Below, in pieces: positions 30,452-41,249 of a stretch of DNA of 64,000 bases. Source of the DNA: Candidatus Woesebacteria bacterium (GTDB taxonomy: Bacteria > Patescibacteriota > Microgenomatia > UBA8517); assembly GCA_013374835.1 (NCBI GenBank), contig CP055307.1, positions 813,304-877,303 of the forward strand. The letters are read 5' to 3'. Numbering within the stretch: position 1 is the stretch's first letter; each line of letters opens with the position of its first letter. Below the pieces are notes generated by a model that worked only from the letters and a program-made list of their open reading frames with translations, did no database searches and was not told the origin of the DNA. Both the position numbers and the translations under genes were made by a program.

Positions 30452-31384
30452 ATGTCAACTTTTAAAAACGGGGTTGATGAGCAATATTTGGCACTTCTTG
30501 ATGATATTTTACAAAACGGCGTCGAAAGCGATGATAGAACGGGAACCGGGACTAAAAAAGTTTTTGGGAGAATGCTTAAATTTGATTTGACACTTGGCTT
30601 TCCTCTTCTAACCACAAAAAAAGTGTGGTTTAAGGGTGTAAAAGAAGAGCTTCTTTGGTTTATAAAGGGAGAGCGAAATATTAGAAATCTTGTAATTAGT
30701 GGTGTAAATATCTGGAACGAATGGCCTTTTCAGAAATATCTTGAATCAAAAGGTCTGTCCAAGCGCTATCCGAAATATTCTCCCTCATGGAAAAAGAAGA
30801 TGGATGAGTTTGTTGGAAAAATTAAGTCAGATGCTAACTTTGCAGAAAAATACGGAGATCTTGGACCTATATATGGATACGTCTGGCGTCACTGGAAAGG
30901 AAGGGACGGACAGGTTGATCAGTTAAAAAAAGCCATTGACTTGATAAAAAATAGTCCCCACTCAAGGAGGATAATCGTCACTGCTTGGGATCCTTCTACG
31001 CTGGAACAAGTAGCGCTTCCACCTTGTCATCTTTATTACCAATTTCAGGTGGTTGGCAATAGTTTAAATTGCTTTATGCTTCAGAGATCTGTCGATACAT
31101 TTCTCGGGCTTCCGTTTAATATTGCTTCGTATGCTCTTTTAACGCATATAGTTGCAAAGGTTGCAGGCAAAGTTCCCGGAGAATTAACAATGGCTTTGGG
31201 AGATACCCACCTTTATTTAAATCATATAAAACAAGCTAAAGAACAATTATCCCGCACGCCCAAAGCTTTACCAAAACTTATCTTAAATCCAAAGCTTTGC
31301 GATATTGACAATATTAATTCTGATTGGATTGAAATTGAAGGTTATAATCCACATCCACCCATAGCAGCACCTATTTCAGTATGA
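30452..31384 (+). CDS. thyA: Thymidylate synthase
   Basis: DRTGTGT, FPLLTTK, ALPPCH, QRS.D.FLG.PFN. Confidence 0.98.
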   Translation: MSTFKNGVDEQYLALLDDILQNGVESDDRTGTGTKKVFGRMLKFDLTLGFPLLTTKKVWFKGVKEELLWFIKGERNIRNLVISGVNIWNEWPFQKYLESKGLSKRYPKYSPSWKKKMDEFVGKIKSDANFAEKYGDLGPIYGYVWRHWKGRDGQVDQLKKAIDLIKNSPHSRRIIVTAWDPSTLEQVALPPCHLYYQFQVVGNSLNCFMLQRSVDTFLGLPFNIASYALLTHIVAKVAGKVPGELTMALGDTHLYLNHIKQAKEQLSRTPKALPKLILNPKLCDIDNINSDWIEIEGYNPHPPIAAPISV

Positions 31385-31902
31385 AAATATCAATTGTTGC
31401 CGCAGTAAGTTTAAATAACACAATAGGGAAAAACGGAAAGCTTCCTTGGAATATAAAAGAGGATCTAGCAAGATTTAAAAAAATTACCACGGGACATCAT
31501 GTCCTAATGGGAAGAGCCACTTTTGAATCTATAGGAAAAGCTCTACCAAAAAGACAAAACATCGTAATCACTTCGGACAAAAAATTTAAAGCACCTGGGA
31601 TTTTTGTATTTGACAATCCGGAAAAGGCAATTGTTTTTGCTAAAAAACGCAAGGAGAACGAACTTATGATTATCGGTGGTGAATCGATTTATAAATATTT
31701 TTTGGAAAAATCTGATAGTATTTATCTTACGAGAATTCTTAAGAAATATAGTGGAAATCGGCATTTTCCCAAGATTGATTTTAATAAATGGATTGAGATT
31801 AAAAAAGAAACTCACAAAGAAAAAATGCCGCCTTTTGAATTTGTGGTTTTGGAAAGAAAGAAACGCCCGGTGTGCGATGCTTCTTATCAGCTGTGGAATT
31901 AA
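31381..31902 (+). CDS. folA: Dihydrofolate reductase
   Basis: IG..G.LPW, MGR.TFESI, IIGG..IY. Confidence 0.96.
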   Translation: MKISIVAAVSLNNTIGKNGKLPWNIKEDLARFKKITTGHHVLMGRATFESIGKALPKRQNIVITSDKKFKAPGIFVFDNPEKAIVFAKKRKENELMIIGGESIYKYFLEKSDSIYLTRILKKYSGNRHFPKIDFNKWIEIKKETHKEKMPPFEFVVLERKKRPVCDASYQLWN

Positions 31903-31908
31903 AAGAGT

Positions 31909-32484
31909 TTACTGTGAGAGATAATCGAATACTGCTTGTGACCACCAAGTCATCTTTTTTCTAAACGGCTTTAACTCGTTAATAGTAAGAAATTTTGCCT
32001 CAGTTATTCCCTTGTCTCCTGTGTACTTAAATTCTTCAGAATCTCCTTTGAAAATCCAGACCAAGCCGGTGTGGACTAAGTTTACCGGCTTTTTATTATT
32101 TACTTTTATTAAACCCAAAAAAACTTTTGAGACTATTTTGCCTTGATAGTCTATTTCTTCATTAAATTCACGTTCAGCTGCTTTTTCCAGAGAATCGTCG
32201 TATTCTTCTACATGTCCGCCAAGAAGTATTGGCCACATGTCATGCAGACGGGATTCGGAACCTGAAGTCGGTATTTTATGGATAAAAAACTTATTTTTAA
32301 AAGATAATGCTATTTGAACAATAATCTGTTGATATGAAGGATCCTCTTCGAGCAAATCTCTTTCGATAAATTCAGCGTGCTTATTAATAATTGAAACAAC
32401 ATCTTTCCATTTGGCCGTTTGAAATCCATTTGGAATTTCTTTTGGGAAAAGAGTATTTGTTTTTATAGCCAATATTTTTGCCAT
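31909..32484 (-). CDS. NUDIX-family hydrolase
   Basis: GGHVE...L..AA.RE..EE Nudix box, DPSYQQII. Confidence 0.85.
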   Translation of the reverse strand: MAKILAIKTNTLFPKEIPNGFQTAKWKDVVSIINKHAEFIERDLLEEDPSYQQIIVQIALSFKNKFFIHKIPTSGSESRLHDMWPILLGGHVEEYDDSLEKAAEREFNEEIDYQGKIVSKVFLGLIKVNNKKPVNLVHTGLVWIFKGDSEEFKYTGDKGITEAKFLTINELKPFRKKMTWWSQAVFDYLSQ

Positions 32485-32489
32485 CTAAT

Positions 32490-34448
32490 TTATTTTTTGC
32501 TTTCTATTTTTCTTGGATCTGTCCAACTTGCCCAGGTGCAATCTGGGTAGCGGGAGCAGCCGAAAAATTTTCTACCCTTTTTGGTCCTTTTAATCACAAC
32601 TTCTCCTTTTTTGCATTCGGGACATTTCATTTTTAGCTTTTGTTCGTATTTTTGAGTATATTTACAATCGGGAAAACGCGAGCAGGAAATAAATCTCCCA
32701 AATCTTCCCATTCGTATTACCAGCTCACCGGCTTTGCATTCAGGACACTTTTCCCCAAGCTTTTCAGTTTCTATTTTAACCCTTTCTGCTTTTTGTTCAA
32801 TTGTATTCAGTTTATTTACAAAAGGGTACCAAAAATCTTTAATTATTTTTTTCCACTGCAAATCTCCTTCGGCTATTTTGTCCAGATTCTCCTCCATTTC
32901 TGCCGTAAATCCATAATCAAATACTTCTGGAAAATTTTGGACTAAAAAATCATTAACTGCCGTCCCAATTGCAGTAGGTACAAATTTCCCTTCATCCTTT
33001 TCTACATAATTTCTAATAAGAATTGTTGAAATAGTCGGTGCATAAGTTGAAGGGCGGCCGATTCCTAGCTGTTCAAGCGTTTTTATTAAAGAAGCCTCGT
33101 TAAATCTTGACGGCGGCTGTGTAAAACACTGTTCTTTGTGGATCTTAATAAAATCCAGGTTTTCCCCCTTTTTGACTTCTGGGAGATAGATTACAGTTTC
33201 AGAGGTATCCTTTGTACTTGCATAAAGCGTAGTCCAACCGTCAAATTTCATCGTCTGACCGGATGCTTTAAGGGTGTATTTAGATAGAGCTGAAACAATA
33301 ATTGTCTTTCTATCATAGAGTGCTTCGGACATCTGGCATGCTATAAATCTTTTCCAGATAAGCTTGTAAAGCTTTTGGGAATCGTTTGCAAAGCGCCCTT
33401 TTGTAGCCGGTTCTTTAAGAAAAGGGTTTACTACCCTTATTGCCTCGTGTGCTTCTTGAGCGCTTTTGCTTTTGGTTTTATAGACTCTTTCTTTTTGAGG
33501 CAAATATTTAGCTCCAAACTCTTTTTGAATAAGTGAGCGTACCTTTTGAACAGCAGATTGTGATAAATTTGTAGAATCTGTTCTATGATATGTTATTAAA
33601 CCTTCTTCATACAGTTTCTGAGCAACGCTCATCGTTTTTTTTGAAGACCAGCCGAAAACCCTTGATGCGCTTTGTGTCATTGTAGAAGTGGTAAACGGAG
33701 GATAGGGATTATTTCTGATTTCACGCGTAGAAACGTCTTCTACTTTATAATCCGCACCGGAAAGATCTTTGACTATATCATCCGCCTCATTTTTGTTTCT
33801 AACCACGGCTTTTTTGTTATTAATTTTTGTCAAAAAGGCGATAAATGTTTTTTTGTCGCCGGATTTTGCCAGCTCTGCGCCTATTTCCCAATATTCCTCT
33901 GGGGTAAAATTTTCTATTTCCCTTTCCCTTTCGACAATAAGCCTTACTGCTACGGACTGAACTCTTCCGGCTGAAAGTCCACGGCGAACTTTTTTCCAAA
34001 GAAGCGGAGAAAGCTTATATCCTACAAGCCTGTCTAGTACTCTTCTTGCTATCTGGGCGTTGACGAGATCAAAATTTATATCCCTTGGATTTTTGATCGC
34101 TTCGAAGACTGCTTCCTTTGAAATTTCGTGAAATACTATTCTTCTTGTTTTTCCGTTTCCAATTTCTTCTTTTACATGTGCTGCTATTGCTTCACCTTCA
34201 CGATCCGGATCCGATGCTAGAAAAATTAGGCTTGCTTTTTTGGAAACCGACTTAATTTTTTGAATTTCTTTTTTTCTTTTTTCGATCAACAAGTAATCCG
34301 GCTCAAAGTCTTTCTCTATATCCACACCAAGCTTGGATTTCGGTAGATCCTTAATGTGGCCCATAGTTGCCTCAACAGAATAGTTTTTATCAAGAAACCG
34401 GCTTAGCGTACGTGCTTTGGTCGGCGATTCGACGATAATAAGATTCAT
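32490..34448 (-). CDS. topA: DNA topoisomerase I
   Basis: IVESP.K, DPDREGE, SAGRVQS, ITYHRTDS, C-terminal zinc ribbons. Confidence 0.98.
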   Translation of the reverse strand: MNLIIVESPTKARTLSRFLDKNYSVEATMGHIKDLPKSKLGVDIEKDFEPDYLLIEKRKKEIQKIKSVSKKASLIFLASDPDREGEAIAAHVKEEIGNGKTRRIVFHEISKEAVFEAIKNPRDINFDLVNAQIARRVLDRLVGYKLSPLLWKKVRRGLSAGRVQSVAVRLIVEREREIENFTPEEYWEIGAELAKSGDKKTFIAFLTKINNKKAVVRNKNEADDIVKDLSGADYKVEDVSTREIRNNPYPPFTTSTMTQSASRVFGWSSKKTMSVAQKLYEEGLITYHRTDSTNLSQSAVQKVRSLIQKEFGAKYLPQKERVYKTKSKSAQEAHEAIRVVNPFLKEPATKGRFANDSQKLYKLIWKRFIACQMSEALYDRKTIIVSALSKYTLKASGQTMKFDGWTTLYASTKDTSETVIYLPEVKKGENLDFIKIHKEQCFTQPPSRFNEASLIKTLEQLGIGRPSTYAPTISTILIRNYVEKDEGKFVPTAIGTAVNDFLVQNFPEVFDYGFTAEMEENLDKIAEGDLQWKKIIKDFWYPFVNKLNTIEQKAERVKIETEKLGEKCPECKAGELVIRMGRFGRFISCSRFPDCKYTQKYEQKLKMKCPECKKGEVVIKRTKKGRKFFGCSRYPDCTWASWTDPRKIESKK

Positions 34449-34474
34449 AAGAAATTAAAAATATTTAAAAATTT

Positions 34475-35107
34475 TCATTTTGTCAAATTTATGCTCTTAA
34501 CGTACTCTAATACTTCTTTTGGAGATTTCGCAATCCTTGCGCCGTTTTCAAGCAAAAAATTAGGCGCTTCTGCAAGTGGAGACGTAATTGGCCCCGGGAC
34601 TGCAAAAACCTCTCTACCCAACTCTGCTGCATAGGAAGCGGTTGAGATGGTTCCACTTTTTTTCTTTCCCTCGACAACAATAACCGCAAGCGAAAGTGCC
34701 GCTATTGTACGATTTCTTGCTAGAAAGTTGTTGCCATACGGCTTTGTCCCAAGAGGAAACTGGCTTATTACCGCCCCACTTTTTATAATTCTTTTAAATA
34801 ATTTCGCATTTTCCGGCGGATAGACAATATCAAGCCCGGAACCTAAAACTGCTATTGTTCTTCCTTTGGCTTTGAGAGCGCTTTCGTGCACCACCGTATC
34901 TATACCCCTTGCTAGTCCTGAAATAATTGTTATTCCGTTTGAAGATAAATAAAATGAGAAGTCCGACGCTATTTTTTTACCATAAGAACTCATCAATCTT
35001 GATCCAACTATAGCTACGGCCCGACGATCTTCTGGTTTTATTTCCCCCGCATAGAATATTTTTGGGGGTAAATCCGTGTTGACTAGATTAAGAAGCTTAA
35101 TTTTCAT
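34475..35107 (-). CDS. dprA: DNA-processing protein DprA (core domain only)
   Basis: VAIVGSR, ISGLARGID, RN..IA.LS, GREVFAVPG; adjacent to topA. Confidence 0.92.
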   Translation of the reverse strand: MKIKLLNLVNTDLPPKIFYAGEIKPEDRRAVAIVGSRLMSSYGKKIASDFSFYLSSNGITIISGLARGIDTVVHESALKAKGRTIAVLGSGLDIVYPPENAKLFKRIIKSGAVISQFPLGTKPYGNNFLARNRTIAALSLAVIVVEGKKKSGTISTASYAAELGREVFAVPGPITSPLAEAPNFLLENGARIAKSPKEVLEYVKSINLTK

Positions 35108-36719
35108 TACTCTTTCTTCGAAACCAATACTCAAGAATGTCGCGTGCTATGGGTGCTGCTTCGCTTGAGCCTTCTCCCCCTTCCTCGACGAGGATAGTCA
35201 ATACAATTTCTGGATTATCAATTGGAGCATAAACCGTAAACCAAGCATGAGTTGTGTCCTCTTTTGAAGTTTCCGCAGTACCTGTTTTACATGCGACTTC
35301 GGGGGTAAAATCAAAAAATGGATATGCAGTACCTCCTTGGGAGCAAGCTCCCTTCATGCCTTCTTTTATGATTTCAAGATTTTCTTTTGAAATAGCTAGA
35401 CTTTTACACGACTTTTCTATATCGGCATTTATATGGGGTACGCAAAGCTCGCCCTTAATAAGTGCCGCGACAGCCATGTTTGCGGCAAGTGGAGTAACTA
35501 AGAGATCACCCTGACCTATAGCTACATGAAAAGTGTTTCCTAGAAACCAGCGCTCTCCAATTACCGCTTTTTTCCATTCGGGTGAGGGCACCAAGCCTTT
35601 TGATTCCGAAACTAAATCTATTCCTGTTTTCTCATTAAGACCGAAATTTTTAGCCCATTCTACTATAGTGTCAATACCTGTTAGCTCTCCCAAATTATAA
35701 AAAAAAGTATCTGTTGAGCGGGCAATAGCCCGGGGAAGATTGATTATTCCTTCTGTACGCCCATATTGGGTAAAATACCAGTTTGTGTAGCTAAAGTCAT
35801 TTACAATAATTATCCCTTTGTCCTCGTATGTAAAATCCTTGTCTATTACTTTTGATTCCAAAGCCGCAGTTGCCGTCACCATTTTAAAAATTGAGCCGGG
35901 ATGATAAAGACCGGATATCGCCCTATTAAAAAGTGGCATTGACTTATCATCCAGTATTGATTGGAGCTTATTTTTATTTTGGTTTTCGCTACTTGCAAAT
36001 AAGTTTGGATCGTAGCTTGGAGAAGAATAGATTGCCAAAATTTCGCCGTTCGGATCAGATGCCACTATTGCTCCGCGTTTTCCGGTAAGTCTTAGGGAAA
36101 CTGCGTTCTGAAGACCTATATCTATGGTTGTTGTTAGGTCTTGGCCATTTTTGGGGTTTTTTCGCGCGAAGGTTCTTATTTTTTTACCGAAAGTATCAAC
36201 CTCCAAGAGTTCTTCACCGTCTATTCCTCTTAGAAGGCAGTCGTAGTATTCTTCCAGTCCACCTCTTCCTACCATTGAGCCTAATTTTCTAACCCCCTTT
36301 TCTTTACACTGGGGATTTACTTTACCGACTTCCTTGCTGTTTACTTCTCCCAAATATCCGCTAACATGGGCAAATTTTTCACCCAGAGGGTAATGCCTTG
36401 TCCAAATAGCTATTGACTCTTCATTTGGCGAGTCTGCCTTTTTGGCCTCCATGCTAAGCTTCGGCGTAAGGGTGAAATTAAAATAATCCATTTTGTTATC
36501 CACGAGAACCTTGCCATTTCTATCGAGTATTTGCCCTCTGGGTGCAGGAATAACTATTGTACGAAGACGATTTCCTTCGGCCAAATCTCTATAATAAGAG
36601 CCTTTTATTATTTGAAGCTCTATTGCCCTTGCCAAAAGAATAAAAAAACCAAGAAACAATATCCCTTTTAAAAACCAAGAAAGCCAGCTTTCTTTTTGGG
36701 CACTTGAAAAAGTCTCCAT
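35097..36719 (-). CDS. mrdA: Penicillin-binding protein 2
   Basis: APRG.I.DR, PGSIFK (SxxK), STD, KTGT; follows mreB. Confidence 0.9.
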   Translation of the reverse strand: METFSSAQKESWLSWFLKGILFLGFFILLARAIELQIIKGSYYRDLAEGNRLRTIVIPAPRGQILDRNGKVLVDNKMDYFNFTLTPKLSMEAKKADSPNEESIAIWTRHYPLGEKFAHVSGYLGEVNSKEVGKVNPQCKEKGVRKLGSMVGRGGLEEYYDCLLRGIDGEELLEVDTFGKKIRTFARKNPKNGQDLTTTIDIGLQNAVSLRLTGKRGAIVASDPNGEILAIYSSPSYDPNLFASSENQNKNKLQSILDDKSMPLFNRAISGLYHPGSIFKMVTATAALESKVIDKDFTYEDKGIIIVNDFSYTNWYFTQYGRTEGIINLPRAIARSTDTFFYNLGELTGIDTIVEWAKNFGLNEKTGIDLVSESKGLVPSPEWKKAVIGERWFLGNTFHVAIGQGDLLVTPLAANMAVAALIKGELCVPHINADIEKSCKSLAISKENLEIIKEGMKGACSQGGTAYPFFDFTPEVACKTGTAETSKEDTTHAWFTVYAPIDNPEIVLTILVEEGGEGSSEAAPIARDILEYWFRRKSNEN

Positions 36720-36720
36720 A

Positions 36721-37755
36721 CTAACTTGTAATTTTTATTTTTTTGAGCAGCGAGTTGTCGTGAAGCAGTTTTCCACATCCCCGAGCAACACAGGAGATTG
36801 GATCATTTGCAACTTCTACTTTTGTTTTTGTGGCTTCTGAAATAACTTTGTCGATACCCTCAATCAGCGATCCACCTCCGGCAAGAACTATTCCTGACTT
36901 TAAGACGTCCGATAAAAGCTCGGGAGGGGCTTCTTCAAGCGAATCTTTTACGTGTCCTACTATTTCTTGGATTATAGGTGCAAGGGCTTCGCGAACTTCA
37001 TCGCTTGAAAGTTTTTGCGATCTTGGAAGGCCTGTTTCCAAATCTCTGCCTCTTACTACTAAAAATTTTTCTTTTGTAGCAGTTGCAGATCCGATACCTA
37101 TTTTGATTTCTTCAGCTGTAGGCTGACCCAAAAGCAAAGAATACTTTAGCCTAAAATAGTTTATAATTGCCTCATCCATTTCGTCTCCCGCTACTCTTAT
37201 TGATCTGCCCAGCACTATGCCGCCAAGTGAAATTAACGCAATTTCAGTAGTACCGCCTCCGATATCCACGATAAAAACACCGTTTGGATCCTCTATGGAA
37301 ATATCCGCGCCAATTGCAGCGGCAACAGGCTCTTCCACAAGACAGGCGTACCTAGCTCCTGCTGAAAGTGCCGCATCAACTACGGCTCTTCGCTCTACTT
37401 CGGTTACACCGGAGGGAATACCAACAACCACTCTTGGTCGGGGTATTTTGGGTATTGTTGAACCGGATTCGTGGACTTTTTTAATATAGTAAGATAGCAT
37501 TGCCGAAGTCGCATCAAAATCCGCTATGACTCCGTCTTTTAACGGTCTTATTGCTTCTATTGAAGCAGGAGTTCTACCCACCATTTTTTTTGCGGAAGCA
37601 CCAATACTAAGAATTTCTTTTGTTTTTTTATGTCGAGCAACTACCGAGGGCTCTCGTATTACAATGCCTTTTCCTGCAACGAACACAAGAGTGTTTGCTG
37701 TGCCAAGATCTATTCCTATATCATGACTGAACAATCCAAAGAGTCTATTGATCAT
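36721..37755 (-). CDS. mreB: Rod shape-determining protein MreB
   Basis: IDLGTANT, EP.AAAIG, DIGGGTTE. Confidence 0.98.
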   Translation of the reverse strand: MINRLFGLFSHDIGIDLGTANTLVFVAGKGIVIREPSVVARHKKTKEILSIGASAKKMVGRTPASIEAIRPLKDGVIADFDATSAMLSYYIKKVHESGSTIPKIPRPRVVVGIPSGVTEVERRAVVDAALSAGARYACLVEEPVAAAIGADISIEDPNGVFIVDIGGGTTEIALISLGGIVLGRSIRVAGDEMDEAIINYFRLKYSLLLGQPTAEEIKIGIGSATATKEKFLVVRGRDLETGLPRSQKLSSDEVREALAPIIQEIVGHVKDSLEEAPPELLSDVLKSGIVLAGGGSLIEGIDKVISEATKTKVEVANDPISCVARGCGKLLHDNSLLKKIKITS

Positions 37756-37808
37756 AACAGATTGAATTATACTATGTATAATGTTTTACGCATTATAACA
37801 CTTGTAAA

Positions 37809-39773
37809 ATGCCTAGAACTTATAAAAAAACAATATCTTTTTTTTACAAATTACTTTTTTTCTTAACGCCATTTATTTTTTTACCTTTTACAAGCGAGAT
37901 TTTTGAGTTTAATAAATTAGTTTTTATCTATTTTTTGGCTTTGACAATTTTATTTTTGTGGATTTTAAGGTCTTTAACTGAAAGAAAAATTATTTTTAGT
38001 CGCACAATATTAGACTTGCCTTTACTTTTTTTTATTTTATCCCAAGCCGTTTCCACTTATTTTTCAATAGATACAAGAACTTCTGTTTTCGGGTATTATT
38101 CACGGTTCAACGGCGGTTTTTTATCCAGTATCGCCTACTCAGTTTTGTACTGGGGGTATGTTTCTAATGTCGCGAGTAAAGAAAGCCGTGTAATGTTAAG
38201 AAATTCCATATTTTCAGGTTCAATTCTATCAATTTGGGCCGGATTTGAACATTTCGGCAAAAGCCCGAGCTGTTTTATTTTAAAGGGAGAATTGGGTGCT
38301 GACTGCTGGGTACAAGACGTTACTCACAGAGCTTTTGCAAGTTTTGGGCAGCCTAATTGGCTTGCTGCTTGGCTTGTAACAATTACTCCTCTAAGTTTTT
38401 TGATGTTTAAGGGAAAGATTAGTATCTTAATCTTTGGGTTAATTTACAGTGCGATTTTATTCACTAAATCAAGATCCGGGCTTTTGGGGTTTTTGTTCAC
38501 CTATCTAGTTTATCTTTTTCTTACAAGAAAACGGATAGCTTTTCTTGGAATATTTATAATTGCAATAATTTCAGCGATTTTTGGGACACCTTGGTCAAAC
38601 TCTGTGATAACCAAAGGCCGTGCCTATGAAGAGCCGGGTGCAGACGTTTTAATAACAGAAAGTAGCGACATAAGAAAAATAATTTGGAAAGGGGCTTTTG
38701 ATATTTTTAAAAACTATCCCTTATTCGGCTCGGGGGTTGAGACTTTTGCGTTTTCATATTACAAATATAGGCCTGTTGAACATAACTTAACCAGCGAGTG
38801 GAATTACATTTATAACAAAGCGCACAATGAATACCTAAATTATCTTGCCACAACCGGTATTTTCGGCTTTTTGGCCTATATGTTAATCATTGCCGCTTCG
38901 ATCAAAATGATTGTTATTTCCAAGTACGATTATAAAAATGCACTTTTGGCCGGATATCTAGGGCTTTTAATAACAAACTTTTTCGGATTCAGCGTGGTTT
39001 CCACTTCGATAACCTTTTTTCTTTATCCGGCATTATGCAAAAAAGACGAAAAACCAATAAAAAGTAGCTTAAAAATTAAAAGTTCTTCAGTGGCATTGAG
39101 TATAGTTTTTTTGTTAATCGCTTATGTTTTTGGGCTAGTTTTGATTGCGCGATATTATGCTTCTGATTACTATTATGCAAAGGCTATAAAGAGCTTATCG
39201 CGTAAAGATTACGCTGAATCGGAATATTTTTTTAATAAGGCTTTAGGTTTAAACAACGAGCCTCTTTACTGGGCGCATTTTTCTTCAGCTTTATCGGCAA
39301 AAGCTCTAGATGAATTTTTTAGCGGTATTGATTATCAAGAAACGGTAGCTAACGCAGAATACGCCTCCGAAAAGGCATATTCACACTCACCCAGAAACAT
39401 AAAAATTCTTCAGATAATATCAAATTCTTATGTCGACATGTCCCAGATTGACGGCAAATATTTATTTAAATCTATTGAGATACTCAAAAGAATCATTGAT
39501 TTGTCCCCTACTGACCCAAGAAATTACTATGTTTTAGCGCTTAGCTACGCTAAAGCTGGGAATTCTGAAAAAGCAATAGAGCACCTTAAAAAAGTTTACT
39601 TTATTAAACCTGACTATGAAAAGGCTTTTATCTTTCTATCAGTTTTGTACGCCCAGCGGGGTGATTATAAGTCTGCCGTTTCGACGCTTGAGTATATAAA
39701 AGAGCATATTACTCAAAACAACAAATTTGTGAATGAAAAATATTCAGAATATTCGCGCTTAATTGAACAGTGA
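37809..39773 (+). CDS. O-antigen-ligase/WaaL-like polytopic membrane protein with C-terminal TPRs
   Basis: FGQPN.LA, T.SRSG, R..IW, P.FG.G, AHN.YL; TPR-like tail. Confidence 0.85.
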   Translation: MPRTYKKTISFFYKLLFFLTPFIFLPFTSEIFEFNKLVFIYFLALTILFLWILRSLTERKIIFSRTILDLPLLFFILSQAVSTYFSIDTRTSVFGYYSRFNGGFLSSIAYSVLYWGYVSNVASKESRVMLRNSIFSGSILSIWAGFEHFGKSPSCFILKGELGADCWVQDVTHRAFASFGQPNWLAAWLVTITPLSFLMFKGKISILIFGLIYSAILFTKSRSGLLGFLFTYLVYLFLTRKRIAFLGIFIIAIISAIFGTPWSNSVITKGRAYEEPGADVLITESSDIRKIIWKGAFDIFKNYPLFGSGVETFAFSYYKYRPVEHNLTSEWNYIYNKAHNEYLNYLATTGIFGFLAYMLIIAASIKMIVISKYDYKNALLAGYLGLLITNFFGFSVVSTSITFFLYPALCKKDEKPIKSSLKIKSSSVALSIVFLLIAYVFGLVLIARYYASDYYYAKAIKSLSRKDYAESEYFFNKALGLNNEPLYWAHFSSALSAKALDEFFSGIDYQETVANAEYASEKAYSHSPRNIKILQIISNSYVDMSQIDGKYLFKSIEILKRIIDLSPTDPRNYYVLALSYAKAGNSEKAIEHLKKVYFIKPDYEKAFIFLSVLYAQRGDYKSAVSTLEYIKEHITQNNKFVNEKYSEYSRLIEQ

Positions 39774-39789
39774 TATAATTTATACTTAT

Positions 39790-40329
39790 ATGATACTTAA
39801 AATTGTTGATATAAAACATCCTGCTCTTCGAAAAAAATCCAAAGAGGTGGTAAAAATCGATAAAAAGATAAAATCTCTTGTTTCGGACATGAAAGAAACT
39901 CTGCTTTCTCAAAAAGACCCTGAGGGGGTTGGGCTTGCAGCACCCCAAGTGGGGAAAAATTTGAAAATATTTATCATGCACTATCCAGAAGCGGGGATAA
40001 TTACAAAAGAGGTTATAAACCCAAAAGTTATTAGTATATCTAAAAAAAAGATAAAACCTAAAAACAAAAGGAACGAAAATATACTTGAGGGCTGTTTATC
40101 AATCCCCCATTTTTATGGACCTATCAAGCGCGCATCTAAAATCACTATTGAATATCAAAATATTGAGGGGGAAAAAATTAAAGAACAGTTTAGCGGTTTT
40201 CCCGCACAAATAGTGCAACATGAGATGGATCACCTTATCGGCGTGATATTTGTTGACCACATACTTAAAAACAAATCTCCGCTTTATCATATTAAAGGCA
40301 ATGAGTGGGAAGAGGTAGAGCTAACATGA
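39790..40329 (+). CDS. def: Peptide deformylase
   Basis: GVGLAAPQ, EGCLS, QHEMDH. Confidence 0.97.
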   Translation: MILKIVDIKHPALRKKSKEVVKIDKKIKSLVSDMKETLLSQKDPEGVGLAAPQVGKNLKIFIMHYPEAGIITKEVINPKVISISKKKIKPKNKRNENILEGCLSIPHFYGPIKRASKITIEYQNIEGEKIKEQFSGFPAQIVQHEMDHLIGVIFVDHILKNKSPLYHIKGNEWEEVELT

Positions 40330-41249
40330 AAATCGTATTTTTCGGCACACCTTACTATTCGGCAAATATTTTGAAGCTTCTTTATAAAAATTATAATAGG
40401 AACGGTGGAATTATCGGAGTTGTTACACAGCCTCCTAAACCGGTAGGCAGAAAACAGTTTCTTGAATACAGCCCTGTTGACAATTTCGCCCATAAAAGAA
40501 AAATACCAATATTTAGAGATTTTACCGATATACCAAAAGCAGACTTAGGTATTTTAGCTGCTTATGGAAACATTGTTCCCAAGATGGTTTTGGAAAAATT
40601 TAAGTATGGGATACTAAATATCCATCCCTCGCTTTTGCCAAAATATAGAGGTGCTTCTCCTGTCCAAGCAGCAATCGCCGCCGGGGAGCGCTTTAGTGGA
40701 GTTAGCGTAATCAAGATGGATGAGAAGCTTGACCATGGACCAATTGTTTCCAGCTTTAAAGAGGAGATAAGACCGGATGATACACAGGGTTCTTTAACGG
40801 AAAGATTGTTTGAAAGATCCGGAGAATTTATCTTGCGACTTATCCCGAGCTATATCAGCGGAAAAATTAAGCTTAAAGCGCAGGACGAATCCTCTGCAAG
40901 CTTTACTACTCCAATAAAAAGGGAACACGGATTTATTTTACCGGAATTTATTAAGAATGCTCTAGAGGGAAAAGAGTCGTCCAAGGATTGGGATATAGCT
41001 TTTTTGAAAAATTTTACTCAAAAAGCAAACGCAATAACTATCGAAAGATTTATCAGGGCGACAAATCCCTGGCCAGTTGCTTTTAGCGAAATTACTTTAG
41101 CTGGGAGGATAAAAAAAAGGCTTAAAATATTTTCAGCGAGAATTGAGGACAAAAAGTTAATTTTGGAGCGTGTTCAGCTGGAGGGTAAAAACACAGTTAG
41201 CTACAAACAGTTTATGGAAGGGTATCCTGAAGCTAGATTTGAAAAATAG
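40326..41249 (+). CDS. fmt: Methionyl-tRNA formyltransferase
   Basis: FFGTP, NIHPSLLPKYRGASP, MD..LD.G. Confidence 0.96.
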   Translation: MKIVFFGTPYYSANILKLLYKNYNRNGGIIGVVTQPPKPVGRKQFLEYSPVDNFAHKRKIPIFRDFTDIPKADLGILAAYGNIVPKMVLEKFKYGILNIHPSLLPKYRGASPVQAAIAAGERFSGVSVIKMDEKLDHGPIVSSFKEEIRPDDTQGSLTERLFERSGEFILRLIPSYISGKIKLKAQDESSASFTTPIKREHGFILPEFIKNALEGKESSKDWDIAFLKNFTQKANAITIERFIRATNPWPVAFSEITLAGRIKKRLKIFSARIEDKKLILERVQLEGKNTVSYKQFMEGYPEARFEK

